A stretch of DNA of 64,000 bases. It comes from an uncultured Mollicutes bacterium (GTDB lineage Bacteria; Bacillota_I; Bacilli_A; RF39; UBA660). The translations under genes and the position numbers were made by a program. The notes below the pieces were generated by a model. It did not search any database. It had not been told where the DNA came from and saw nothing but the letters and a program-made list of their open reading frames with translations. Positions 36,134-45,677 of the stretch are shown here, in pieces (positions within the stretch are counted from its first letter, which is position 1; each line of letters begins with the position of its first letter). The DNA lies in the NCBI GenBank assembly GCA_947652375.1, contig CANTCS010000002.1, positions 15,080 through 79,079 of the forward strand, given 5' to 3'.

Positions 36134-36544
36134 ATGAATTGTTCAGATAGTAAAAAAGATAAATGTTCTTCTTGCATATTTGATGTATTAAAGAAAATTT
36201 TAATACTTCAAAAACAAGACTTTGATAATGAAAACTATATTGGATGTGACAAGCCTTACTTAGGACCAGTTTGTAATAGTGTTTGCTATAATACAAGACC
36301 TATTCAACTATATAACTGTTGCAGTGGAACACCATGGAGTTTTACTTATACAGCTAATGGTGTAACTGGTACTAGTGATGTATTTAGAGTAGAATCTTTA
36401 GATGATTGTTGTTGTACATGTCGTATTCTTTATTTAGATGAAGCAACTAATAGTTATGTTGGAACTAATGAATTTGTAACAATTGATTTAAATTGTTGTG
36501 GTGCTGTAAGATGTTTAAATGATACATATATAGATTTATGCTAA
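36134..36544 (+). CDS. CotZ/CotY-family Cys-rich spore coat/exosporium protein, paralog 2
   Basis: It shares KPYLGP..N..CYNTR.IQLY, FRVESLDDCCCTCRIL and IDLNCCGAVRCL with the upstream paralog. RBS AAAGGAGG. Confidence 0.75.
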   Translation: MNCSDSKKDKCSSCIFDVLKKILILQKQDFDNENYIGCDKPYLGPVCNSVCYNTRPIQLYNCCSGTPWSFTYTANGVTGTSDVFRVESLDDCCCTCRILYLDEATNSYVGTNEFVTIDLNCCGAVRCLNDTYIDLC

Positions 36545-36546
36545 AT

Positions 36547-36575
36547 AAAAAAGCCTAATTATGGCTTTTTTATTT
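36547..36575. terminator. bidirectional intrinsic terminator
   Basis: AAAAGCC-TAATTAT-GGCTTTT with flanking A and T runs, between convergent genes. Confidence 0.65.
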
Positions 36576-36863
36576 TAATATTTCTAATGATAGTATATCT
36601 TCTATTTTAATAACTTCATTATCTAGTGTGACTAAGTTATTTTTAGTTTTACTAACTAAACTTGTTCTATATTCTTTATTATAAGTTCTTATTAATACAG
36701 GAATATTATAAGATGCACCAAGTCCATTAAAGATTTTTGTTATTTTCTCTTCTATAGAAAATTGATTGTTTCTTGGTAACTCATCATTTAAATAACAATA
36801 ATTTTTATTGTTTGTAATATTTTTATTTATTTCATTTTTATATAATTTAGGTAGTTTTTTCAT
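36570..36863 (-). CDS. hypothetical small protein
   Basis: 97-aa track ORF with an RBS. I recognise no family. Confidence 0.5.
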   Translation of the reverse strand: MKKLPKLYKNEINKNITNNKNYCYLNDELPRNNQFSIEEKITKIFNGLGASYNIPVLIRTYNKEYRTSLVSKTKNNLVTLDNEVIKIEDILSLEILK

Positions 36864-36945
36864 AATATTTCTCCTTTCTATATTTTATGATTTTTATTCA
36901 TAAAAATACTTACTTTTTGGTATAATATAAATAAAGGAGGTCCTT

Positions 36946-38073
36946 ATGAAAAAGCAAAAAATTAATTTTAAAATTTTAATACCAATTATACTTTTGTCAG
37001 TAATAAGTATTATAACAATTTACAGTGCTTTAACTTACACTTCTAGTAGTTTAGGTAATTTAGCTTTAAAACAAGCTGTTTGGTATTTAATTGGTTGGGG
37101 ACTCGTTCTTATACTGATGAAGCTAAAAAATGAATATTTATATCAACATACTTGGTTTTTATATATATTTGGTAATATATTATTAGTCGGACTATTAATT
37201 TTTGGTACACCTATAAATAATAGTAAATGTTGGTTTACAATTCCTGGCATCGGAAGTATTCAACCTAGTGAATTTATGAAAATATTTATTATGCTTACTT
37301 TAGCGACAATGATTCATAATTTTAGAAATGATTATAAAAATCCAAATACAAAAGAAGAATTTCTTTTTATACTTAAAACTTTCGTAATTGTTTTAATTCC
37401 ATCAATTTTAACTTTTTTACAACCTGATACAGGTTCAATATTTATCTATCTTATTATATATTTTTCTATGATGTTTGCATCTGGAATTAGAATGAGATGG
37501 TTTATTATTGGTTTTTTTATAATAATTTTATTACTGGGAAGTTTTTTATGCATTTACTTTTTCAAGGAAAATTTATTTATTAAAATATTTGGTTCTTCAA
37601 TTTATTATCGATTAGAAAGAATATTTAATTGGCATAGTGGTTCTGGATTACAACTTGAAAATGCAATGGCAGCAATTGGATCTTCGGGAATAGTAGGACA
37701 TGGTTATAATAAAACTCCAATTTATTTTCCAGAGTCTTCTACAGATTTTATTTTCGCAGTTTTTGCTAGTAATTTTGGATTTTTAGGGATTATAATTTTA
37801 CTTGGAATTATTATTTATTTAGATATGAGTATTTTAAAACTTTCTAGAAAAAAAATTGATGATACTGACAAATTTATAATAGCTGGAATTTTTGGAATGT
37901 TATTCTTTCAACAAATCCAAAATATCGGAATGACTGTTGGGTTACTTCCAATTACAGGTATTACTTTACCTTTTATTTCATATGGAGGAAGTAGTTTACT
38001 GTCTTATATGTTAATAGTTGGTGTTTTACTTAATATTTCTATGAAAAAAGATAGAACTTACAAATATCGGTAA
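36946..38073 (+). CDS. rodA: SEDS-family peptidoglycan glycosyltransferase (FtsW/RodA/SpoVE)
   Basis: Ten-TM protein with PSEFMK, PDTGS, PESSTDFIFAVF and LPFISYGGSS motifs. Confidence 0.85.
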   Translation: MKKQKINFKILIPIILLSVISIITIYSALTYTSSSLGNLALKQAVWYLIGWGLVLILMKLKNEYLYQHTWFLYIFGNILLVGLLIFGTPINNSKCWFTIPGIGSIQPSEFMKIFIMLTLATMIHNFRNDYKNPNTKEEFLFILKTFVIVLIPSILTFLQPDTGSIFIYLIIYFSMMFASGIRMRWFIIGFFIIILLLGSFLCIYFFKENLFIKIFGSSIYYRLERIFNWHSGSGLQLENAMAAIGSSGIVGHGYNKTPIYFPESSTDFIFAVFASNFGFLGIIILLGIIIYLDMSILKLSRKKIDDTDKFIIAGIFGMLFFQQIQNIGMTVGLLPITGITLPFISYGGSSLLSYMLIVGVLLNISMKKDRTYKYR

Positions 38074-38081
38074 GTTCTATT

Positions 38082-38870
38082 TTATAATTGTTTTAAGCCA
38101 CAGTTTGGGCAAAATTCACTCTCTACTATTCTGCCACAATTTTTGCAAAATTTATTTTTAAATTTAATTTTATTATTATTTGCAGATACTTCTTGTATTT
38201 TTTCTAGAGATTTTGTATATAAAAATGTTATAAAAATAAAGAAAACGAAGAAAAGTATATTTTGTCCTGACAATAAGCAAAAATCATATATTCCATGAAG
38301 AATTGTTGGAACTATAATACTTAATTTAATATTTTTTCTTTCTAAATCTCTTCTGTTTTTATTTGAATTCTTTTTTGCTATGTTTAAATAATAACCCATA
38401 AATACGGCATCGCAAGCATGACCAGGTATGGCTGATAAAGCACGGACAATAACTGTTTTTAATTCTTGATAATTTAATACATAAAGAATATTTTCAAAGA
38501 AAGCAAATCCAAGTGAAACGAATACTGAATAAACTATTATGTCAAATAACTCATCAAATTCATCATTTTTATAGCCTTTAAAATAGAGCATTATCCACTT
38601 GCAAAATTCTTCTACTAATGCTACTCCAAAGAATGAGTATAAGATAATTTGAAATAATGTTTTATTTTCTATATTTCCTTGCATAAAAGGAAAAATCTGT
38701 TCTAATAAATAAGAAATAAAAAATACTAAAAAACAAGATAATATTCCCATAACAAATAATACTAATAATAAACCTAACGGTTCTTTTGATTTATCCTTAT
38801 TATATACATATAATAAAATTATTATGACTGGTAAAGCAGCTAAAAATAACAATAAACCTAAACTATTCAT
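38082..38870 (-). CDS. prsW: PrsW-family intramembrane protease with a C-terminal zinc ribbon
   Basis: VEEFCKW (EExxK) and HGIYDF motifs, plus CKNCG...CPNCG at the C-terminus. Confidence 0.7.
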   Translation of the reverse strand: MNSLGLLLFLAALPVIIILLYVYNKDKSKEPLGLLLVLFVMGILSCFLVFFISYLLEQIFPFMQGNIENKTLFQIILYSFFGVALVEEFCKWIMLYFKGYKNDEFDELFDIIVYSVFVSLGFAFFENILYVLNYQELKTVIVRALSAIPGHACDAVFMGYYLNIAKKNSNKNRRDLERKNIKLSIIVPTILHGIYDFCLLSGQNILFFVFFIFITFLYTKSLEKIQEVSANNNKIKFKNKFCKNCGRIVESEFCPNCGLKQL

Positions 38871-39130
38871 ACTAAGTCACATCCATTATATAGTATAGCA
38901 TGAAAAATATTAATTGAATTTATAAAATTAATTTTAAGTGTAAACTAATTTTTCATGTATTAAAAAAATAATGATTAATACTAAATTCTTATAACAATTT
39001 TTAATAATCAATTTATAAATAGGAATTAATATTTGAAAATGAGATTTTTTTTATAAAAAAATTTAGAGATAAGCTTTTAAAAATTTTTTAATTTTTGTAT
39101 AATGTTTATACATAAGGAGGAAGCATTACA

Positions 39131-39526
39131 ATGAAGTTTTATATCGGATCAGGAATGAAAAATTGTGAATTAGTAAATTATTATGCAAAGTTATTAAAAG
39201 AAAATGGTTGGGAACAAACTCACGACTGGGTAAAAAATATCAGTGATGATGTATCAAAAGATGATATGATAAAATATGCAAGCTTAGAATCACAAGGTGT
39301 TGCTACTGCTGATGTTGTCATTATGTTATTACCTGGAGGAAGAGGTGCACATATTGAATTAGGAATGGCAATGGCATTAAATAAAAAAATATTTTTATGT
39401 TCTGCTACTGAAGAAGAATTTAGTATTGAAAATACTGTTGCTTTTTATGAATTACCAAAAATTACTCAATTAGTCGGAATTGCAGAAGATAATGTAAGGA
39501 AGATAATTGAATTACAGGATGTTTAG
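39131..39526 (+). CDS. nucleoside 2-deoxyribosyltransferase-like protein
   Basis: ADVVIMLLPGGRGAHIELGMAMALNKKIFL matches this fold's signature. RBS AAGGAGGAAG. Confidence 0.6.
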   Translation: MKFYIGSGMKNCELVNYYAKLLKENGWEQTHDWVKNISDDVSKDDMIKYASLESQGVATADVVIMLLPGGRGAHIELGMAMALNKKIFLCSATEEEFSIENTVAFYELPKITQLVGIAEDNVRKIIELQDV

Positions 39527-40019
39527 TTGGAAAAAATATAAACTAAATTCTTTTATCTTGCTTCTATCATGGAATATTATCATTTGCACATAATTTTTTA
39601 GACATTCTTTTACATTTTCAAAAAAATTAACTCTTGCTAGTTAAGTTTTCTCTTTTTTATTCTAATATTTCTTTTTAATTAGCTTCGACCTACACGAAAT
39701 TCCCATGCCAGTGTTTCTGCTATTGTTTTAACTGCTTTACTTACTTTCGATTTGAATCTATTTAAGTGCCAATAACGGTCTTTTTTATTATTTCACCTTA
39801 AGCTTCTTTTAATTATTTCTTATAATTTCTCTCATCTTATATAATTACTTAGGGCATACTGATTTCAATATATAAATGTTTAAAGAAAAATATGATATAA
39901 GTTTTTTGTAATTAATATATGATTCGGATACATGTAAATTTATTTCTATTGTGATTAAGCAGTTTTATTAATTATCGATTAAAAGCTTGATAATAATTAA
40001 AAATTTAATAAAAAAGTAC

Positions 40020-40048
40020 TTGTAATTTGGATACTTTTATTATATAAT
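40020..40048 (+). promoter_or_regulatory. sigma-A type promoter of tRNA-Arg
   Basis: TTGTAA, a 17-nt spacer, then TATAAT, about 20 nt upstream of the tRNA 5' end. Confidence 0.45.
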
Positions 40049-40068
40049 CTTAGTTGTCAGTTAGTTAT

Positions 40069-40145
40069 GTCTGCGTAGCTCAGCTGGATAGAGCAATCGC
40101 CTTCTAAGCGATCGGTCAGGCGTTCGAGTCGCCTCGCGGACACCA
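40069..40145 (+). tRNA. tRNA-Arg (anticodon UCU), CCA encoded
   Basis: GTCTGCGTAGCTCAGCTGGATAGAGCAATCGCCTTCTAAGCGATCGGTCAGGCGTTCGAGTCGCCTCGCGGACACCA. It folds as a cloverleaf and has the anticodon loop CTTCTAA. Confidence 0.93.
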
Positions 40146-40154
40146 TATGAAATT

Positions 40155-40181
40155 AAACCGTTGTTATTCAACGGTTTTTTT
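40155..40181. terminator. bidirectional intrinsic terminator
   Basis: AAACCGTTG-TTATT-CAACGGTTT followed by a T-run, between tRNA-Arg and the convergent gerM-like gene. Confidence 0.7.
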
Positions 40182-40182
40182 A

Positions 40183-41103
40183 TTACATATCTTTTCTAGA
40201 AACAAATTTTATTTCTTCATTATTAACTTCAAACATTACCATATTGACATCATAATTTGATAAAGCTGAAAAGGCTATTGTATTTAAAATATTTTTATTG
40301 ACATTTTCATTCTTATCTAATAGGTAATCGTTAAAATTTAAAAATAATACATCTGATTCTTCACGATAATCTATTAAATTTAAATTATTATTTAAATAAC
40401 TTATTAAATTAGGCTGATTAGGACCATTTTTTAATTCATCTACTATTATTTCTATTTTTTCTCTTTTGTCATTTAAGTATTTAGTAACAGGTACATAATA
40501 TGTATTTTCATTTATGTCATTGATGTAATAAACAACAACTTTATTTAAATCTTTTCTAGAATTGATCAAATATTGATTATTTATGCCTATAGTTTTATCA
40601 AGGGGCTTTTTATAATTTTCTAAATATTTACCTTCTACTAAAATAGTAATTTTTTCAATATTATTTAATTCTAATAAAGAATATACAATTCCTGTTATAA
40701 TTTGGTTTTCAAAGGATTTGTTATAACTTAAAAACTCTTTCGAAAAGTCTAAAATATAATTGGTATTTTCCTTTGATATTTTTAATAATTTAGTATTTTT
40801 AGGTATATATCCATTTAATCCTGTTGGTAATTTATCATTACTAATAATTAAATACTCTATTATTTTAGTTATTTTTTCTTCTATTGTTTTTCCTTCAATA
40901 AATATTTCTGTTCTTACTAATAAATTTTCTTTATTAAGAAGATAAATTTTATCTGTTGATAGATTAGTAACATCTTCTATTTCTAGATTTGTACGTAAAA
41001 CGTTTTGATTTTTATTAGTAAGGGGAAAAGTAAATACTGTTAAAATTATAAACATAGATAACGTTGTTGTAAAAATTTTTCTTATAGCTTTAGCTTTCAA
41101 CAT
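40183..41103 (-). CDS. gerM: GerM-like germination/sporulation lipoprotein-like protein (two GerMN domains)
   Basis: N-terminal signal/anchor and two repeated modules of about 130 aa with GerMN-like patterns (LNGYIPKNTKLL..., ...VDELKNGPNQPNLISYL). Confidence 0.6.
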   Translation of the reverse strand: MLKAKAIRKIFTTTLSMFIILTVFTFPLTNKNQNVLRTNLEIEDVTNLSTDKIYLLNKENLLVRTEIFIEGKTIEEKITKIIEYLIISNDKLPTGLNGYIPKNTKLLKISKENTNYILDFSKEFLSYNKSFENQIITGIVYSLLELNNIEKITILVEGKYLENYKKPLDKTIGINNQYLINSRKDLNKVVVYYINDINENTYYVPVTKYLNDKREKIEIIVDELKNGPNQPNLISYLNNNLNLIDYREESDVLFLNFNDYLLDKNENVNKNILNTIAFSALSNYDVNMVMFEVNNEEIKFVSRKDM

Positions 41104-41153
41104 ATAATCACCTAATGAATAATATGAAAAAACGTACTTTTTTAGTACGTTTT

Positions 41154-41357
41154 TTAAATAGATAATTCATTTAATTTTAATAACTCTACCACTGCACTTG
41201 CTCTACCACTAACACCAAGTTTTTGCATGACATTAGATATATGATTTCTTACTGTTTTTTCACTTATTCCTAATGTTTGAGCTATATCTTTTGTATTATA
41301 ATTATCTATTAATAGTGTAAATATTTCTTTTTCTCTAGGAGTTAAAATATTATTCAT
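41154..41357 (-). CDS. gerE: LuxR/GerE-family HTH transcription regulator
   Basis: 67-aa stand-alone HTH: LTPREKEIFTLL...IAQTLGISEKTVRNHISNVMQKLGV. Confidence 0.85.
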   Translation of the reverse strand: MNNILTPREKEIFTLLIDNYNTKDIAQTLGISEKTVRNHISNVMQKLGVSGRASAVVELLKLNELSI

Positions 41358-41414
41358 TATATCACCTAGAGTATTTTATGATAAAGTAATATATTGTTGT
41401 GTGTAAAATACCTA

Positions 41415-41918
41415 TTATTTTTTTTGAAATTTAACGGTTATATTCATTTTGTCCTTATAATCTTTTTGAATTGTACGCATAATGTTATTTGCTAAAGTTG
41501 CATCATGTTTGGAAGAAATACAAATAACTGAGACATCTTTATTATCTATCTTTGTAAAACAATCTAATTTGTAATCTTTTTTTAATTTTTTTTCGATTGT
41601 TTCTTCTTTTCCTTGTAATTCATTAAGATATTTTAATTGCTCATAGGTATTATTTTTTTCTTCTGTAGTCAATTTTTCATTTGTTAATTTTTCTTGTAAG
41701 ACATCGATTGATTCTTTTCTTTCTTCTTCTAAGCTTACTCGCATTGCAATTAAAGCATTTTCTTCTTTTACTTCTTCAACTACTGCTTTATCTTTTGTCT
41801 CTTCTGCCTTAATATTAACTTTTGTTAATAAATCATTAGGCATTGTTACATAGTATACTCCTAATACTAATATTAAACTAAATAGTGTTAAAAACCATAA
41901 ATTTTGTTTATTTAACAT
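41415..41918 (-). CDS. SpoIIIAH-like membrane-anchored protein
   Basis: I chose the start at MLNKQNLWFLTLFSLILVLGVYYV (RBS GGAGG). This N-terminus closely resembles B. subtilis SpoIIIAH. The track ORF 41415..42203 is an artefactual 5' extension. Confidence 0.65.
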   Translation of the reverse strand: MLNKQNLWFLTLFSLILVLGVYYVTMPNDLLTKVNIKAEETKDKAVVEEVKEENALIAMRVSLEEERKESIDVLQEKLTNEKLTTEEKNNTYEQLKYLNELQGKEETIEKKLKKDYKLDCFTKIDNKDVSVICISSKHDATLANNIMRTIQKDYKDKMNITVKFQKK

Positions 41919-41973
41919 ACGAGGCCTCCATTCACTAAATAATATGAAAAAAAAATTAGAATATTCATTTATT

Positions 41974-42618
41974 CTAATTCTTTTTTGAACCACAACTTGT
42001 ACAGAAGTTATCATCTTTAGTAAGTTGAGCTCCACAATTTGTACAAAATGTCTTTTTATCTTGATCATCTGTTTCTGTAGTTGATGTATTTTCAACTGTT
42101 TGTGTATTATTTGTTGTACTTTTTGTGTTTGTAGAATTATTATTTTTATTTTTAAAAATAATATCTTCCATTGGATCAGCTCCAACAAATTCTGACTTAC
42201 CAAAACCTAAAATTGGATAGAAAATATATGGTACTAAGATTAAGCCAATTGCAAAGCCTGTATCTTTACCAAAAGCTTTTGCCAAACTAACATGTAGTAA
42301 AACAGTAAAGTAAATTGATGCTACCATTACTACTAAGTTTAATAAAGGAATTGCTGAAAAAAGGCATCCTGCAAATACAATTAATACCCAGTATGGATTT
42401 ACTCCTACTAATTTACACATTGTATAAACATTATAAACTGGAATTAATGCTTTCCAACCTTCTTCTCCACCTTTCTTAAAAATTTTCCATTGTCCAATTA
42501 CTATTAATACTCCTACGATTAAAGCTATAATCATAATGAATATGAAAAAGCCTAAAAATACTCCTAAAAAAGTTCCCATAGTTGTATCAAAATTTGAATA
42601 GTATGTTGAATCGTACAT
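41974..42618 (-). CDS. membrane protein (DUF5684-like) with a C-terminal double zinc ribbon
   Basis: Four TM segments, a QWKIFKKGGEEGWKALIPVYN motif, and FCTNCG...FCTSCG at the C-terminus. Confidence 0.6.
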   Translation of the reverse strand: MYDSTYYSNFDTTMGTFLGVFLGFFIFIMIIALIVGVLIVIGQWKIFKKGGEEGWKALIPVYNVYTMCKLVGVNPYWVLIVFAGCLFSAIPLLNLVVMVASIYFTVLLHVSLAKAFGKDTGFAIGLILVPYIFYPILGFGKSEFVGADPMEDIIFKNKNNNSTNTKSTTNNTQTVENTSTTETDDQDKKTFCTNCGAQLTKDDNFCTSCGSKKN

Positions 42619-42619
42619 T

Positions 42620-43885
42620 TTACACTCCTCCTTTTATATTATGAAGCAATCTTTCAACTGCTTTCATCAAACCTAATTTGCCATATGGATATGTTAGAGA
42701 TCCTTGCATAAATGCAATGTATGGCTCTCTTATTGGACCATCACACGATAATTCAATTGATGAACCTTGTGTAAAAGAGCCACTTGCCATCACTATTTTG
42801 TCAGCATATCCAGGCATATCCCAAGCTTCTACTAATGCGTTGGAATCAATTGCTGATCCTTGTTGAATTCCTCTTGTGAATTCTATTAATTTGTTGGGAT
42901 CATTGAATATAATATTTTGCACTATATCTACTCTATCATCATTATATTTTGGCTCTACAGAATAACCTAGCTCATCTAAAACTTTACTTGTTAAAATTGC
43001 AGTTTTTAAAGAAGCAGCTACTACACTTGGAGCCATATATATTCCTTGAAGTATTTGTTTATTTATACCCAAAGTTGGACCTACTTCTCTTCCCTCTCCA
43101 GGAAGGGTTAGTCTTTCTGCACATAATTCAACTAAATCATGTCGGCCAGCAATATAGGCACCATTAGGGGCAATCCCACCACCTAAATTTTTGATAAGAG
43201 AGCCTATAATGACATCTGCTCCAACAGCAGTTGGCTCTTTAAGATTTACAAATTCACAATAGCAATTATCAACCATTACTATTATATTTCTATCAATATT
43301 TTTTATTAGTTTAATCACTTTTTCGACTTTTTCTATACTTAAACTTTTTCTTGTCGAATAACCTTTACTTCTTTGAATTTCAATTACTTTTACTTGGTGT
43401 TTTTTTAAATATTCTTCTATTTTTTCATAATCAAAATCATCATTTTTTAATTCAATTTGATCATAGTTTATTCCAAAACTTTTTAATGAACTAGGATTTT
43501 CTTTAATTCCAATTACTTCATCAAGGGTATCATATGGTTTTCCGCTTATACTTAGTAGTAAATCTCCAGGTCTAAGTAGAGCAAAAAAGCAAATATTTAA
43601 TGCGTGAGATCCTGAAATAAATTGACTTCTTACTAAAGCATCTTCTGCATCTAATACATCTTTAAAAACAGATTCTATTTTATCTCTTCCCAAATCGTTA
43701 TAGCCATATCCAGTTGTTTCATTAAAACATGATTCTGAAATTTCATTTTTTCTAAAACTCGAAAGTACTTTTAAACTATTATATGTACATATTTCATCAA
43801 TTTTACGAAATTCTTCTAAACAATGTTTTTCACATCTATTTATTAAATCTACAATATCTTGATTTATTCCTAATTCTTGATACAT
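42620..43885 (-). CDS. ynbB: PLP-dependent methionine gamma-lyase family protein (YnbB / aluminium-resistance-like)
   Basis: 421 aa. The N-terminal NSLKVLSSFRKNEISESCFNETTGYGYNDLGRDK pattern is typical of this family. Confidence 0.75.
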   Translation of the reverse strand: MYQELGINQDIVDLINRCEKHCLEEFRKIDEICTYNSLKVLSSFRKNEISESCFNETTGYGYNDLGRDKIESVFKDVLDAEDALVRSQFISGSHALNICFFALLRPGDLLLSISGKPYDTLDEVIGIKENPSSLKSFGINYDQIELKNDDFDYEKIEEYLKKHQVKVIEIQRSKGYSTRKSLSIEKVEKVIKLIKNIDRNIIVMVDNCYCEFVNLKEPTAVGADVIIGSLIKNLGGGIAPNGAYIAGRHDLVELCAERLTLPGEGREVGPTLGINKQILQGIYMAPSVVAASLKTAILTSKVLDELGYSVEPKYNDDRVDIVQNIIFNDPNKLIEFTRGIQQGSAIDSNALVEAWDMPGYADKIVMASGSFTQGSSIELSCDGPIREPYIAFMQGSLTYPYGKLGLMKAVERLLHNIKGGV

Positions 43886-44124
43886 GTTGTCACCTTCTTT
43901 TATATTGTTTTATGATTATTTTCAATTATTTCTTTATCTTCCATTATAAATTTATCTTCTATTATTTCCTTTAATTTATTAAAGCCTTTTATACCATCAA
44001 GCTTTAGATCAGTTTCTTCAAAATATTCTATTTTTCCATTATTAAAATTGGCTATACTTGTCTTATATTTTTTGAGAAATTTTTTATTAGATAAAAACCA
44101 TTTATTTTGAGATTTAGTTAAAAT

Positions 44125-44352
44125 TTATCCAATATAATATAAATATCTATTATTTTCAATATTTATAACAAGATAATTAATACTAGCTAAAAATAATGAT
44201 ATAAAATGAGCTGTTTGATTTTGATACCCCTCATAAACGAGAGCATTATTTTCTAAAAATTCAATTAAAGGAATTTTATGATTTCCACCTCTACTTATTT
44301 CATTTTTTATTTCTGTTCCATCTGGTGAAATAATTATTATTCCATTATTCAT
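44125..44352 (-). CDS. hypothetical protein (possibly the 5' half of a gene interrupted by an in-frame stop)
   Basis: I chose the start at MNNGIIIISPDG, overlapping the SDR stop. The same frame continues for 74 more sense codons after TAA 44125-44127. Confidence 0.4.
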   Translation of the reverse strand: MNNGIIIISPDGTEIKNEISRGGNHKIPLIEFLENNALVYEGYQNQTAHFISLFLASINYLVINIENNRYLYYIG

Positions 44353-45088
44353 TAAGTCTTCCCCCATCAACTCTTATAATTGAATCATTGATATAACTTG
44401 CTTTACTAGAAGATAGAAATAAAACTAATTTACTTATTTCTTCAACTTCAGCAAATCTATTTAATAATATTTTTCTTTTTTCTTTATTAATTTGTTCATA
44501 ATTTAAGTCCTTGTTCATATCTGTTTTAACCCATCCAGGACAAATACAATTTACATTTATAAATGGTGCAAACTCCCGTGCAAAATTATGCGTTAAGGAA
44601 ATAACTCCTGCTTTTGACGCATCGTAATCACAACTTTCTGGATAATAAGTATCTAATGCATTGGTAGATGAAATGTTTATAATTTTTCCTTTTTTTTGCT
44701 CTAACATTATTTTACCAACATATTTACTAACTAGATAAGTTCCTATTAAATTAACATCTAGTATTCTTTTAAATTCTTTAATATTTTTATCTAAAAGTAA
44801 AGTATCTCGGCATACACTAGCATTGTTTACAAGTATATCGATTCCTCCAAAAGTATCAATAATTTGATTAACCATATTTTCTACTTCATCTTCATTGGAT
44901 ATATCACATTTTATTGCTAGAGCTTCTACAGGGTAAGTTTCTTTAATATATTTTTCTAGTTCTTCGGCTTCTTCTTGATGATGACAATAGTTTATAATAA
45001 CATTTACACCAGATTTAGCAAATTCTTCAATACAACTTTTGCCAATACCACGATTACTGCCAGTTACTAAAGCAACTATCCTTTTCAT
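44345..45088 (-). CDS. SDR-family oxidoreductase (FabG-like 3-oxoacyl reductase)
   Basis: TGSNRGIGKS, NNAS and Y..SKAG motifs. I chose the ATG behind GGAGTGGG; the track ORF starts at GTG 45097. Confidence 0.8.
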   Translation of the reverse strand: MKRIVALVTGSNRGIGKSCIEEFAKSGVNVIINYCHHQEEAEELEKYIKETYPVEALAIKCDISNEDEVENMVNQIIDTFGGIDILVNNASVCRDTLLLDKNIKEFKRILDVNLIGTYLVSKYVGKIMLEQKKGKIINISSTNALDTYYPESCDYDASKAGVISLTHNFAREFAPFINVNCICPGWVKTDMNKDLNYEQINKEKRKILLNRFAEVEEISKLVLFLSSSKASYINDSIIRVDGGRLNE

Positions 45089-45151
45089 ACTACCCACTCC
45101 ATACTAAAAAAATTATATCTCATTTTTTGTCGATAATCAACTTAAATTAAT

Positions 45152-45565
45152 TTAAAAAAATTTATTTGTTTTAAGATAATTTAGCATTTGTTGCTTAGTT
45201 GGAGTAACATAAAAAGAATAAAGACTTCCATTTTTAATATAAATTATAGTTGGATATTTAATTTCATTTTTTGTCAAATCAATTTCTTTTAATATTTCTT
45301 CATAACGAGGTTCTTTATCTTTATTAAGAGTAGTATAAGAGATATTTTTATCATTTAATATTTTTTCAATATTTTCACATTGAGTACATTTATTTTCAAC
45401 TATTAAAAGTAAAAAATCTTCTTTTTTATTTATATTATTTAATATTAAAGATGGTTTATTACCAAATTTATTTATGACAAAAAAAAGTAGAGGGACTGTA
45501 AAAATTAAAGTTATTACGAAAGCTTTAAAAACTCTATTTCGTAATTTAATAAAATCTTCATCCAT
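45152..45565 (-). CDS. membrane-anchored thioredoxin/glutaredoxin-fold protein
   Basis: N-terminal TM and a CTQC redox motif. Confidence 0.5.
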   Translation of the reverse strand: MDEDFIKLRNRVFKAFVITLIFTVPLLFFVINKFGNKPSLILNNINKKEDFLLLIVENKCTQCENIEKILNDKNISYTTLNKDKEPRYEEILKEIDLTKNEIKYPTIIYIKNGSLYSFYVTPTKQQMLNYLKTNKFF

Positions 45566-45677
45566 ATTTTAACTCCTTTTAATTTTGTTAATTAATATTT
45601 TATTATTTTTTTAAATTATAACATATTTTAAATGATAAATTCAAATAATGGTTTTTAAATAAATAGAAAAAGAGTTA

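Noticed and set aside
39527-40068. Possible integrase or resolvase remnant in the 540-bp gene-free stretch upstream of tRNA-Arg. One example is the minus-strand piece KDRYWHLNRFKSKVSKAVKTIAETLAWEFRVGRS, which vaguely resembles an HTH.
   Set aside because: Only very short open stretches exist and there are no catalytic motifs. The similarity is impressionistic and I cannot support a call.
41919-42203. 5' extension making a 262-aa ORF (41415..42203) that overlaps the neighbouring gene 41974..42618.
   Set aside because: The extension is a Gln/Lys/Ile-rich out-of-frame shadow of the zinc-ribbon tail of the upstream gene. A GGAGG RBS and a SpoIIIAH-like N-terminus mark the real start at 41918.
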